A stretch of DNA of 64,000 nucleotides, taken from contig NC_083417.1 in assembly GCF_020745735.1 (NCBI RefSeq), forward strand, positions 71,920,001 through 71,984,000, given 5' to 3'. The DNA comes from Hemiscyllium ocellatum. Taxonomy: Eukaryota. The stretch's first letter is position 1, and each line of letters starts with the position of its first letter. Under the pieces are notes generated by a model. It saw nothing but the letters and a program-made list of their open reading frames with translations, had not been told where the DNA came from and did no database searches. This document shows, piece after piece, positions 1-11,452 of this stretch. The position numbers were made by a program, and so were the translations under genes.

Positions 1-3000
1 TCAGGAACCCACATGTGACAATTTGAGCCACATGGTGGAAATTTACTCTGTGCCATGTCTTTCTGCACAGAGGCCCCATTGCTGTACATTCTTGTCAATT
101 TCCTGGAAACAGAGCAGCATTTCCACCTTATAAACCAGGAGCCAGGGATCCCACTGAGAATCTCTCTATGAGTTCCATCTTTTACCATTGGGGATTTGGT
201 GAAAAGTGTATTGCACACATGCAGCAGGAGACTCAGGTGATTCCCAGGTTCCTAGGCCACTTGAGTTTTGGTGAATTTGAGAAGTTCATGCTTCAGAGTG
301 CGCTGATTACACTAGACATCAATCCCTTTTCCATTAACTGAAGTAGCCACAGCTTCATCTTTGGTTGTACTTTCAGTTTAACACTCCTGACGTTTGACCA
401 CTGAATGGGGAAAGGTCTTTGTGTTGGCCTTGGATAGTTCCAATACAATGGGCCATGGAAGGGAATTCGGTTTAGCTCAGTTGGCTGGAAAGTTGGTTAG
501 TGAAGTAGTGTGATGCCAATAGTATGGACTCAATTTCTATCATGGACTGACATTACTATGAAGGACTCTCCTTCACAACCTCTCCCCTCACCTGAGGTAT
601 GGTGACCCTGTAGTTAAATCACCACCAGTGTTCTCTCGCTAATAAGAGAGCAGCCCTTTGGTCTGGTAAGACTATAGCGACTTGACTGGTTATACCTGAA
701 AGTCTGTTTCTCCTTTCTAGTTATTTCCACACTCGTGTGCTTTGAGAGGGAACATGTATTCTCACCCATTTGTGGCCTGTTATGATTAATGGGTATTGCA
801 GGGGCTGGAGTGCATTATCACCACCTCCAACATTTTCATTGAAAATTCAGCCGAACTTCTGATTTTGTTACAGTGACCCTTTAAGGGGTTGTTGATTTTT
901 AATTTGTTTAATTCAAAATTGATTTTCAAAGGACTGCAACAGAAAGACTCTATGTAATCGTTGGCCTGCAGTTAGTGGTCGATGATGTCTATGGCCTCAA
1001 AACAATGACGCTTGGCCCTGTCTGCACTCCTAGTGCTGAGATGGCTCAGACATGTGGTGCACCGTTGTCTGAATGGACTCCTCAATCGCAAACATCCTTC
1101 AGGAATCCACATCCCACCACTGGGAAAAAGTCTTGTGCGCACTCTCCATTTCTTCACTCTCAGCAGTTTTCCAGACTCTTCACTGTTCTGTCCTGCCATC
1201 TGGATGAAATGGGATCATCCAGCAGGAGACTTTACATAGGAGTTCTCCATTTCATAATTGGCAAGTTGGTGTGGTGGGTGTTACACGCAGCAATAAGCAT
1301 CTAAGAAGAATCATGACATGGAAGTGTGTGTGTATGTTTGTGCGTGCCTGTCTGTGTGTCTTTCCTGCAGCCTCAAGAAGCACTTGTTTCATGTCTGCAC
1401 TGGTGTATGAAGTTTCAGACTATCATTTCTGAGATGCACTTCAATCCTATGCTCCTGACCTTTTGTCTCCTGATATGGAGGGGAGAATCTACTCCTGGGC
1501 TGGACAAAGGTTTCCATTCAAATCCCCACTCAGTGTGCTGTGGAGAGGGTTGTTAGACCCAATTGTCTCGTTTCGTGCTCCAGTAACATTCCCCACTGGT
1601 GTCCTTGGAGAGGGGGACACGTGGCGTTCACTGGTATGCTTAGCACATTCTGGGCATCACTGTCACTGGAGTGCATTATTTCCACTCCAAAACATTTTAA
1701 CTTGAATATAATTTCATATTGAACATTGATTTCTATTGAACTGCACTGTAAGTATTGGCGAATTTTGAATTTAGTTTCAGTCAATAAGTTGATTTAACTT
1801 AAACTTATTGAAGAGTTGGAAAGAAAGAGCACAAAGCCCTGTGAAGTGCTGTCCATTGATTATTTGATTATATTGTGCACTTGTTACATTTAAAGTTAAA
1901 GAAAGACAAGGACTGGGGGGTGCTGCCTGGGAGCAGGTGTGGCTTAATTTTTCACCAATGTCATGTTTTGGGTTTGGAAAAGTGATGACCTGTCTTCCTG
2001 TTCGACTTGTGACAGAAATTGTGACACTGTGAGTGGAACCTGCTTTCAACATAGCATTGAGTAAGTCTAGTCCCTTGTTTGTGGTTGAAAGTCACGGTCA
2101 AAATTGTTCAGACAATAGAGTTTGACATTCATTGGTGTCCCTTCAGGCAAGTTTGTGTCCTCCCAACTGCAGTTTAATAAGTCATGATTTTAACCATGTG
2201 CCTACAGAACTAGTGTCAACTCAACAATTAGACTATCTGTTAATTATTTTTTGCTCAAATCAGCCTGCAGACACTCTCCCTTTTTTGGTTATTCCTTAAC
2301 TTTTTTTTCTTTGTTGTTTCCCACAATTTATATGAACCAGACTTGTTCCTGCAGCCTCTAGGGGCCTGTCTGTGTAGATTTATGTGAGATTGTAACCCTG
2401 ATTTCATTACCAGAAAGGGATACTTCTCAACTTTATCTTACGCTTTAGCTGCACTCTCCTGAACTTTAGCCATCCATTCGGAGGTGGATGGTACAGAGAT
2501 ACATCTGGGATACACTTCCTGAAAGGCTGGTGGATACAGAGTCCTGAGTACATTTCTGAATGGAAAGAGAAATACAGGATTATCAGGAAAGATCAAATCA
2601 GTGGGGTAGGTCTTTTCAAAAAGCTGATGGGATATTATAGGCTGAAAGATCCCATTCTTTACTGCAAAATTGATTGATTCTACACTAGCATTGGTACCTG
2701 GCACCTGGGCATATAGGTGAATAGGGTCTCTCATTGATTCCTGTATTCTGGGTATAGGAGAGTACATTTCGCTAAATATTGATGTGTTAGGATAGAGTTA
2801 ATCAGAATGTCTTTGGAACTGGAACATTCCGCAGATGATATCTTTAATGCTGCAATTACAATAATCCTTATCTTTTGTTTGCGAGGCACGGCAATACCAT
2901 TCAGTGAAAGCAATGACTGCAAAACTGTTGACCCAAGGTTTGATACTGCAGCAGTTTCAGATCTCATTCCAGGGTGAAGCAATCGCCCACAGAATGAGGC

Positions 3001-3579
3001 AACTTAACCAAAGACAGGCCATTGCGACGTGATTCCAAAATTTCAGAAGACAGTCCATGAGGCAAGTCATCAAAAGGAAAGAATTTTAAATTGGGGTTTC
3101 TATGGAATTGGGACGTTGATTTGATTCAGAGTTGAGCTTATGATTAAAGACTTCACTTGGAGGCATAAATTTTGGGAACGGAATAAAAAATGTGGCTTGT
3201 GCTGACCTCATTAATCCAAAGGAGAGTTTAAAAGGTTATTGAATGAGGAAACTGGTTCATTAAAACTGATTTTTAAAATAAAGACTAGAGCTAATCAGAT
3301 AAAACAAAGTCTCAAAATCTGCTGATGTCATCGAGGTGAGGATGAAAACAACTCCCTCGTGCGACAGAATACACGGAGATTGAATAATGGATGGTGCTGT
3401 CACAATGAGAGTGCTGAACCAGTATAAGCCAAGCTTTGCTGTAAGCAAAGGTTTTCTATTCCAAAACAAAGATTAATAATCATAGCACCTCTGTTTGATG
3501 CCCAGTTGCCAGCCTTTTCTCCAATGCCACCATATTCCCAATTGCTGGGTGCCAGTCTGCTATGTAGAAGGTAGATGAC

Positions 3580-3865
3580 GCCTCTGTGGCATTATCACTG
3601 GACTGTTAATCTGGAAACCTGAGTTCAAATCCTGCCTTGGGAGATGGTGGAATTTTAATTCAATAATAAAATCTGAAATTAAGAATGAGATGACCATGAA
3701 TCCATTTCTGATAATCAATAAAACAACACGAAACAAAAACAGAAATTGTTGGAAAAGCTCATAGGGTCTACCTGCATCTGTGGAGAGAAATCAGAGTTAA
3801 TATTTCAGGTTGCGTGACCCTGCCTCTGAACTGGAAAAATCCATTTGGTTCACTAAATTTAAAGA
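3580..3865 (+). mobile_element. tRNA-headed SINE relic of the abundant shark family (probably SacSINE1/Deu-SINE-like), interrupted by a PLE terminal-repeat fragment at about 3720-3830
   Basis: Contains ...gagttcaaatcc...gatggtggaattttaattcaataataaaatctgaaattaag...gatgaccatgaa and ccatttggttcactaa. Related pieces recur at about 4470-4600 (+), 9860-10060 (-), 29390-29510 (-), 30850-31030 (-), 32880-33060 (-) and 33430-33620 (+). Family name is from recall, not a search. Confidence 0.5.
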
Positions 3866-4033
3866 CCATTTGGGGCGACACTGCTATCGTACAACATCAG
3901 GGAGCTGGGTTTAATTCCAGCCACGAGCTGTATGGAGTTGGCACATTCGCCCCCAGTCTGTGTAGGTTTTCTCCAAGTGCTCCAATTTCCTCTCAGTCCA
4001 ATATTGTGCAGATTTGGTGGATTGGCTAAGGGG

Positions 4034-4313
4034 CATTCAAGGAGCAGTAAAATCGACATTTTGGGCAAAAGCCCTACTCCAACCTATCACCTTCACCCCT
4101 ATCATCATCTACTATTGCATTCTCAGCTATCTTCCCCCCAGCCCCACCCCTCCCATTTATCTCCCTGGCCCACAAGCCTCACTCCTGATGAAGAGCTTTT
4201 GCCCGAAACGTCGATTTTCCTGCTCCTCGGATGCTGCCTGAACTGCTGTGCCTTTCCAGCACCACTAATCCAGAATCTGATTTCCAGCATCTGCAGTCAT
4301 TGTTTTTATCTAC
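4034..4313 (+). mobile_element. 280-bp PLE terminal-repeat (pLTR) mini-element with 16-bp target-site duplication
   Basis: TGGATTGGCTAAGGGG at 4018-4033 and 4314-4329 flanks a short inverted stub plus the pLTR sequence seen at the 3' end of the PLE GIY-YIG copies (5720-6040, 35400-35700). Confidence 0.8.
4181..4216 (+). ncRNA. Minimal type I hammerhead ribozyme motif, slightly decayed
   Basis: actc CTGATGA agagc tttt gccc GAAAC GTC gatt. Core intact, one mismatch each in stems I and II. Confidence 0.6.
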
Positions 4314-4654
4314 TGGATTGGCTAAGGGGAATGCAAGCTCAACGGAATAAGATAAGGCTGTAGTTCTCGGTGGGATGCTCTTAGGGGAGTCAGTGTGGAC
4401 TTTATGGGTCAAATGGCCTCCTTCTATAATGTAGCTATTCTATGACTTTATGATGATAATGCACTTTAGGGAAGGGAATTGTCCTCTTTACTTGGTCTGG
4501 CCTACATGGGACTCCAGGTCCACAGCAATTACCTGTCCTCTGGGCACTAAATGCTGTCCGAGCTGGCAATGCCCTCATCCTGCGAATGAATAATTGAACA
4601 AAATGTGGGGAATTGCTTGGCCTAAAATAAACAGTTGCTGCATCAATCAATAAT

Positions 4655-4690
4655 ATTCCTGATGAAGGGCTTATGCCCGAAACGTCGAAT
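4655..4690 (+). ncRNA. Minimal type I hammerhead ribozyme, apparently intact
   Basis: ATTC CTGATGA A GGGC TTAT GCCC GAAAC GTC GAAT: stem I AUUC/GAAU, core CUGAUGA, stem II GGGC/GCCC with UUAU loop, GAAA, loopless palindromic stem III (ACGU), GUC cleavage triplet. Confidence 0.85.
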
Positions 4691-4790
4691 TTCCTGTTCC
4701 TTGGATGCTGCCTGACCTGCTGCGCTTTAACCAGCAACACATTTTCAGCTCTGATCTCCAGCATCTGCAGACCTCACTTTTTACTCGCAT
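4655..4790 (+). mobile_element. Solo PLE pLTR fragment
   Basis: Same ...gatgctgcctgacctgctgcgc...cagctctgatctccagcatctgcag...ctcac sequence as the other pLTR copies. GCATCAAT on both flanks may be a TSD. Confidence 0.75.
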
Positions 4791-5074
4791 CAATAATGGG
4801 CCCAGACTAGACATCAGTAAGGCGGCTAGATTTTGGATGAGTAGCGTGGACACTGTAACAGATCATTGACTTCAAAACTCCTAATTATCTTCCTGGAGTA
4901 TTGGTGTGCAGGGTCAGTCTTTGTCTGTGTGTGTGTGTGGTGTTCCCTTCTTCCTTTGTACTCGGTATGACAGAGCTTTCCCATTGATTCCCGTTGGCTT
5001 ATACTGTGTTAATTTTCCTTGATCCCATACTTGGTTCAGTGCTGCCTTTGTTGTCAAGGGCAGTCATAGTGATC

Positions 5075-5295
5075 TAACAGCAGAGAAACAGACCATTGTG
5101 TTTGCACCCATCAAAAACACCGACCTAACTATTCCAATCCCATTTTCAAACACTTTTGCCCACAGCCTTTTCTGCCTTGGCATTTCAAGTGCACATTTAA
5201 ATAATTCCTAAATGTTACGAGGGTTTCTGCCTCCCTCCACCCTTGCAGGCAGTGAGTTGACATTCTCATCTCTGAGTGAAATATTTCTCCTCTTT
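5075..5295 (-). mobile_element. Old CR1 3' fragment
   Basis: Reverse complement resembles the CR1 ORF2 end and 3' UTR (RNYLNVHLKCQG...). Confidence 0.55.
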
Positions 5296-6040
5296 TTTCT
5301 CCCCACCCTCCACTCCCAGCACCTTCCCCTGCCACCACAGGAATTGCAAAACTTACTCCCACACCACCCCCTCATCTCTGTCCAAGGGCCCAAAGGATCC
5401 TTCCACATCAGGCAGTGATTTCCCTGTACTTCCACGCACATCATCTACTGTATCCATTGCACTCGATGTGGTCTCCTCTACATCAGGGAGGCCGGACGCC
5501 AACTTGCGGATCATTTCAGGGAACATCTCTGGGACACCCGCACTAACCAACCTGACTGCCCTGTGGCTGAACACTTTACCTCCACCAAGGACATCCAGGT
5601 CCTGGGACTCATCCATCACCAAACCCTAACCACTCAACACTTGGAGGAAGAACACTTCATCTTCTGCCTTGGGACTCTCCAACCACATGGGATCAATGTG
5701 AACTTCACCAGTTCCTTATTTCCTCTCTCTCCACTTTATCCCACTTCCAACCTTCCAACTCGGCACCGTCCTCTTGAACTGTCCTACCTGTCCATCTTCC
5801 TTCCCACCTATTTGCTCCACCCTCTTCTCCGACCTATCACCTTCACCTCTATCTTCATCTACCTATCACATTCTCAGCTATCTTCTCCCCCCCCCCCCCC
5901 CCACCCCCAGGCCCACCCCCTCCCACTTATCTCTCAGCTCCCTGGCCCACAAGTCTCATTCCTGATGTCTGAAACGCGAGTCTCCTGCTCCTCGGGTGCT
6001 GTCTTACCAGCCATGATTTTCCAGCACCACACTCTTTGAC
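5295..6040 (+). mobile_element. Penelope-like element (Neptune-type) 3' fragment: GIY-YIG endonuclease relic plus pLTR
   Basis: Translation across stops gives QGPKGSFHIRQ*FPCTSTHIIYCIHCTRCGLLYIREAGRQLADHFREHLW (GIY-YIG with CxxC). It is followed by a pLTR whose hammerhead lacks stem II (cctgatgtctgaaacgcg, about 5961-5978). Confidence 0.85.
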
Positions 6041-6084
6041 CACAATTGAATTGTGTTGACTGAAAACATAGTGTTGTAAGCCTC

Positions 6085-6590
6085 AGGATTTGATTTGATT
6101 TATTATTATCACATGAAGCGAGATACAGTGAAAAGTATCGTATTGCATACTAACCGGACAAATCATACCTTACATAAGTACATCAGGCGATTCGAACAGA
6201 ATGCAGAAGAGAGTGTTCTAGATGCAGAGAAAGATCAACTCTGATAGATGAGAGGTTCAATCACAAGTCTGATAACAGCGGGAAAGAAACTGTTCTTAAA
6301 CCTGTTGGTCCATGTGTTTAAACTTTTGTATCTTCTACATAATGGAAGATGGTGAAAGAGAATATAATTGAGTTGGGAGGGATCTTTGAGTATACTGACT
6401 ACTTTCATGAGGCAGCAGGAAGTATAGATGGAGTCAGTGAAAGGAAGGCTGGTTTTTGTGATTAACTAGGCTGCATTCACAACTCTCTGTAATTTTTTGC
6501 AATCCTGGGCAGACCAATTGCTAAAACAACCCATGATACATCTGGATAGGATGTTTTCTATAGTGCATCTATAAAAATTAGTAAGCGGGC
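6085..6590 (-). mobile_element. Unassigned LINE 3' fragment with (TTTGA)n tail
   Basis: A homologous block recurs at about 32555-32870 (gatttgatttgatttatt...cacatg...gagatacagtg...aagtctgataac...gaagctgttcttgaa). Confidence 0.45.
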
Positions 6591-7357
6591 TGAGATGGAT
6601 GCTTCTCACAGGCAGAGAAAATATTTGCTCCTCACAAATTCAGGCTGCGCTCTACAGCCTGGGTCGTAATGTCTTTGCAAGAGTAAGGTGGAGATATTGA
6701 ATGATTGAGGTAGGAGAATAGCAGTGAAGGCTTTCAGACTTGGCAAGGGCTTCGACCTGCGTGATCAGTGTCAACTTTCTACACCCAATCCACCTTAAAC
6801 TCTGCAGTATGTAGTCTGAGCAGTTAGAGACATTGCATTGAGCCTCTGGCCTTTTCCTTGGGCCCATGAGATATAAAAGAGAGGATTCTATGACTAGGGA
6901 AACCTCGATAATCAACCGAGTGGCCAGGAGGGAGCAGCAGCTGCTGGGTCTGTGCAGTTCAATATTCTTCAACGTGGCAGAGCTTAGGCTTTCTGACCGT
7001 CACTGTGTGTATGACAGCTTCCTGACCTTCACCCTCCTTTAACATTGGTCTGAGCTGTTCAAAGTAGCATTGGTTTTAATGGTATGATTACTGTTAAGGT
7101 CTGTGTGCTACTGACAAGTTTCACCAGTTTCGCCAGACGTTTCACCAGTGGGAGCCCAAGGATCAGGAGGTTAGTTGTGTTTGGTTATTCTTGCCTCATG
7201 TGGTTCTAGGTCCAACTCAGGCCTGCAATGTAAAATGACACTCTTGGGCAGTTCTCTGGCAGTGTTAGATATGATGATAAACCAAGATTCCTACTGCCTG
7301 GGTGGATGTAAGGATCCCATTACACTCTTTGGAAAAAGGTTTCTCTGGGTGTTTTTT

Positions 7358-7640
7358 TAGATTAGATTCCCCTCAGTGTGGAAACAGGCCCTCCAGCCCA
7401 ACAAACCCATACCAAAACTCCAAAGAGTAATCCACCCAGACCCATTTTCCGCCGACTAATGCACCTAACTCTATGGGCAATTTAACATAGCCAATTCACC
7501 TGGCCTGCACATCTTTGGAATGAGGGAGGAAACTGAAGTACCTGGACAAAGCCCACACAGACAGTCGCCCAAGGCTGGAATTGAACCCAGGTCCCTGGCA
7601 CTGTGAGGCAGCGGTGATAACCACTGTGTCACTGTCCCAC
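7358..7640 (-). mobile_element. HE1-like SINE
   Basis: Starts with the reverse-complement tail tagattagatt...gtgtggaaacaggccc and ends with the tRNA head ...ggaattgaaccc...gcagcggtgataaccactgtgtcactgtccc. Confidence 0.75.
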
Positions 7641-7919
7641 ACCTCTCTTGTCAATATCTTTTTTTCGCTTGATCAATATGTCCAAATGCTGATTAGCTGA
7701 TGATTTTTTGATTATTGTTTGTGGGATCTTGCTGTGTGTGGTTAGTCACTGAGTTCTCCACATTACAACAGGGACAACTGAAAAGTACTTGAGCGGCACT
7801 GAAGTGCTTTGAGATGTCCAGTGTCAATGTTGCGTCTGGCTTTTCTGAAATCAAGGTACGATTCCACAGCGGTGTGGGACCAGACCCCTTCAAAATGAGA
7901 CACAATATCCAAAAGTCAT

Positions 7920-8185
7920 AAGATGTCCAGTCCTCCCCCCTTCCATCTGTTTTCCTTCCACAGCCCTTGTCCCCATTCTCTTCCTCCACCATCCCTGCCA
8001 TCATATCCTTCTCTACCCTTTCTTTCCCTCTTTTATCCTCCACCATCCATCCCTCACTCTTCCTCAGCCCTGACATTCCTCCCCCTCAGCCTCTCCTGTG
8101 CTTTTTCTCCCTGTTGATCATCCTCTTCCTAACTCGTCCCCCTTTCTCTTCCTTGCTCAGTTGATTTCTCACTCCTTTCCTGCCG
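7920..8185. repeat. CT-rich low-complexity (polypyrimidine) tract
   Basis: About 260 bp dominated by C and T; explains the three overlapping S/P/L-rich ORFs. Confidence 0.8.
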
Positions 8186-8574
8186 CTCATTAGAATTCCA
8201 AGCTGTGTCAAGGGGAAGGAAGTTGGCTAGTTTCTCGGAGGGCTTGTACCCAGGCTTTAGGCCTTTCCCTATGCAATTGGCCCAAAGCCAAATTGATGTA
8301 ATCATCAGTGATGGCTAATCCAAAATAGTCAAATTAATTATTCCAGTGAAATTGGATTTTTTTTTCACCTCTGTTGTGTTTTAGAAAAGAGTGGTGAAGA
8401 GGGAAGTATTTCATTGACCAACGATCACACAGAAATGAGAAAAGTGACACATTTTAAAGGATTCTTGGAATTTGTTTTCTCAACACTAGAGGTCAGTGTT
8501 GTGTAACAAATCTTAAAAGTTAAAAATCACACAATACCACGTTATAGTTTAATTGGAACAGGTTTAATTGGAAG

Positions 8575-8609
8575 CACTAGTTTTCGGAGCGCCATTCCTT
8601 CATCAGGTG
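8575..8609 (-). ncRNA. Second-family minimal hammerhead motif (decayed), within a PLE-like repeat at about 8515-9000
   Basis: Minus strand reads CAC CTGATGA AGGAATGGCGCTCC GAAA ACTA GTG: stem I CAC/GUG, stem II GGA/UCC, CUA triplet, stem III mismatch. Confidence 0.55.
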
Positions 8610-9439
8610 GTTGTGGAGTACACAATTGTAAGACACAGAATTTATAGCAAAAGTTTACAGTGTGATGTAACTGAAATTACACATTGAAAAATATCTTGAT
8701 TGTTTGTTGAGTCTCTCATCCATTAGAATGACCATGTTAGTTTCACTTCTTTCATATGTAAATCACAAAACTTGTTTAAAAGGTTACATTCTCAGGTTAA
8801 CTGTCACAATTGGTGTAAGCCAGATAAGATGTTGAAGTTGTTAGCCCCCTGTTCCCTGTCTGTGCCATAATGTTTAGACTGATTCTAATATAAAGAGTGA
8901 GTTAATAGAGTCTTACATGGATTCATGCAGTTTTTGAGCAAAGTTCAATGTAACTCTGCAAGTACAAATTCAGCCCTTGCTCACCTGGATATCAGCACCC
9001 AATTTACCTTTCAAAACAATTCCTAATCATGCAATAATATAATTAAGGGACTCTGCTAACTTGGGATAAAATAGCAAGCCTTTTTGTCTGCTTTTGCAGC
9101 ATCTTTGTGCTCCCACAGTGTTACTGTTTTGTTTTTGTCACTGCTCCTTCCTTCTCTGAATCCTTACACAGGCTCTCAGCCCGCTGACATATTAGTTTAA
9201 ATCTTCCACAAACACTCGAGCTAACAGTCCCCCTGGTACACACTGCTGCCACTGTGCTTTGGTTGTGGAAGGTGTGAATATAAAAGGTAGTGGATGGAGA
9301 GCAAATCAAATGGATTCTTTTGAGCTGAGCAAATGCATGACTAATCTGTCAGATAGTTTTCTCAATTTTAACATGGGCTCCCAGATGTCAGTAAGAATGA
9401 TTTTCAAATTTGACAGGATTGGGTTTAAGAGTCGAAAAA

Positions 9440-9730
9440 TGTGGCACTGGCAAAGCACAACAGATCAGGCAGCATCCAAGGAGACTCGAAGTTCGGGCAT
9501 AAGCCCTTCTTCAGGAAGATGGTGGAGGGAGAGTGTTGAGAGATAAATAAGAGGGTGAGGGGAAAGGTAGCTTGGAAGGCAATAGATAGATGCAGGTGGG
9601 GGGTGATATTGATAGGTGTGAGGGGAGGGTGTTGTGGATAGGTGGGACGGACAATGGACAGTAGGACAGGTCATGAGGGCAGTGCCAAGTTGGAGGTTTC
9701 GATCTGGGATAGGTGGGGGTGGGGTGGGGG
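9440..9730 (-). mobile_element. PLE pLTR fragment with decayed hammerhead
   Basis: Minus strand cctgaagaagggcttatgcccgaacttcgag: CUGAAGA core, GAAA reduced to GAA. Confidence 0.7.
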
Positions 9731-10715
9731 GGGGGAATGGGGAGTGGGGATTAAGAAGTCAATGTTAATGTAATTTGGTTCCTTTCCAATGTAATTCCTA
9801 TATTTAGACTTCTTGTGGTATTGTACAACTTTGGCTTGATAGGAGAATTCAGAGAGCAGTTATGAGTCAATCACACTACTACAGATCTGAAGTCACATTT
9901 AGGCCAGAATAGAAAAGGGTGGCAGATTTCCTTCCCTCAAGGGCAGTCAAACTAGATGGGTTTTTAATAGCAATTTAAAATCTTTTCATTGTCATCATTA
10001 TGGAGACTAACTTTTAATTTTGATTTGATTAGTTTACTTTAAATTCCACAATCTGCTATTGAAAAAGATGTCAAGAAGCACTATGTTGAAAATGTGGAAG
10101 ACATTAGCAACAAATGTTTTAAAATATATTTTTGTAGACGTACAATGAATAAAGATGACCCCTGCCATAGAGACAAATTATTTAACAACATGTATATATA
10201 AAGCAACACATAGATACTGAAGAACACAACAAGGTTGAGTTTACCAATGAAACCCCTCTTAAAGTTGAGACAAGACAGTATAAAGAAATTATACTCTATT
10301 GTGAGTTCAGTTTTCTTCAAAACTATTTTGAATTTTTTGTTGAAGTGGATTTGAACATTGTGTATAATTTGAAAGTAGAATTGTCATCGTGAGAACCATT
10401 CATTACTATAGTATAATTTAGAATTGATTCTAGCAATAAATCTTTCTAAGCAGGAGGTTTTGTTTCAGATGTAAATTCTGATGAGCCAACATCGAAATAA
10501 CAATATCTCAGGATATTGAACTCAGGGTTCTAAGCGTTGATTGGGTAAATTTAGAAAGGAAATTATTTTCTGCTATAATATACCTATAAATATATTCCAT
10601 CCTGGGATAGTTTTGCTGGTTTCAAAACATCTAGAGGGAGAAGGGGTGTTTCATTGGAAGATCTAGTCTATAGCTTGGAAAAGCTGTTTAAACTCCTTTC
10701 AATGATCTAAAATGT

Positions 10716-11300
10716 CTCACTTTCTCAGCAGAGCAGGTAACGGCTGTCTGGTGGTGTTTTTTTTTAAGTTGCAGTATTGTCCAGTTATTGTTTTTTTTAA
10801 CGACTAAAATTTAAAGTTTTTTTTAAGCGCCTAGCGGACCCGGAAGCTGGTGTCGCACTAGCTTACCTGGGAAGGGTTTTTTTTTCTTATATAAGCGCGC
10901 AGCTCCAAGCCTTTGACCTCACTTTCTCGGCGGAGCAGGTAATGGCTGTCTGGTGGTGTTTTTTTTAAGTCGCAGTATAGTCCAGTTATTGCTTTATTTA
11001 ACGGCTAAAATTTGAAGTTTTTTTTAAGTGCCTAGCGGACCCAGAAGCTGGTGTCGCGCTAGCTTATCTGGGATGGTTTTTTTTCTTATAAAAGCGCGCA
11101 GCTCCAAGCTTTCGGCCTCACTCTCTCGGCGGAGCAGGTAACGGCTGTCTGGTGGGTTTTTTTTAAGTCGCAGTATAGTCCAGTTATTGTGTTTTTTTAA
11201 CTGCTAAAATTTAAAGTTTTTTTTAAGCGCCTAGCGGACCCGGAAGCTGGTGTTGCGCTAGCTTACCTGGGAAGGTTTGTTTTTCTTATAAAAGCGCGCA
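10716..11300 (+). repeat. About 2.9 tandem copies of a roughly 200-bp monomer forming the CR1 5' UTR
   Basis: Units start ctcact(t/c)tctc(a/g)gc(a/g)gagcaggtaa at 10716, 10918 and 11117. Each contains agcggaccc(g/a)gaagctggtgt and ttat(a/a)taagcgcgca-type motifs. Confidence 0.92.
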
Positions 11301-11452
11301 GGCGAGGAACCCGAGGCACTACAGGGGTAGAGCCTCCCACCCGCCCTCCTCCTCTAACCTAATAATAAGACCCGTTGTGGTAAGCAGGTAAGTGCTGCAT
11401 TTTGCTTGTTTGTTTCTTTAGATCTAGTTTTTAAAGTTTACCTTTTAGAGGG

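Larger units (their letters stand above)
3870..4420 (+). mobile_element. Degenerate HE1-like SINE split by a PLE mini-insertion
   Basis: B-box-like gggtttaattcc, V-domain-like ggagttggcacattc...gttttctccaagtgctccaatttcctc, and a 3' tail gtgtggactttatgggtcaaatggcctcc resembling the intact SINEs at 24273 and 26726. Confidence 0.6.

Noticed and set aside
1-1750. Several 60-110 aa ORFs, possibly an old LTR-element relic
   Set aside because: No gag, RT, RNase H or integrase motif could be identified with confidence.
7693-8164. Three overlapping ORFs
   Set aside because: Produced by a CT-rich low-complexity tract.
8386-8492. Plus-strand acceptor and donor pair
   Set aside because: All three frames contain a stop before the GTCAGT donor.
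9168-9256. 89-nt minus-strand exon candidate (TVAAVCTRGTVSSSVCGRFKLICQRAESL)
   Set aside because: Good donor but mediocre acceptor, unrecognised peptide, and direct joining to the 2442-2555 candidate in its phase-1 frame creates TAA.
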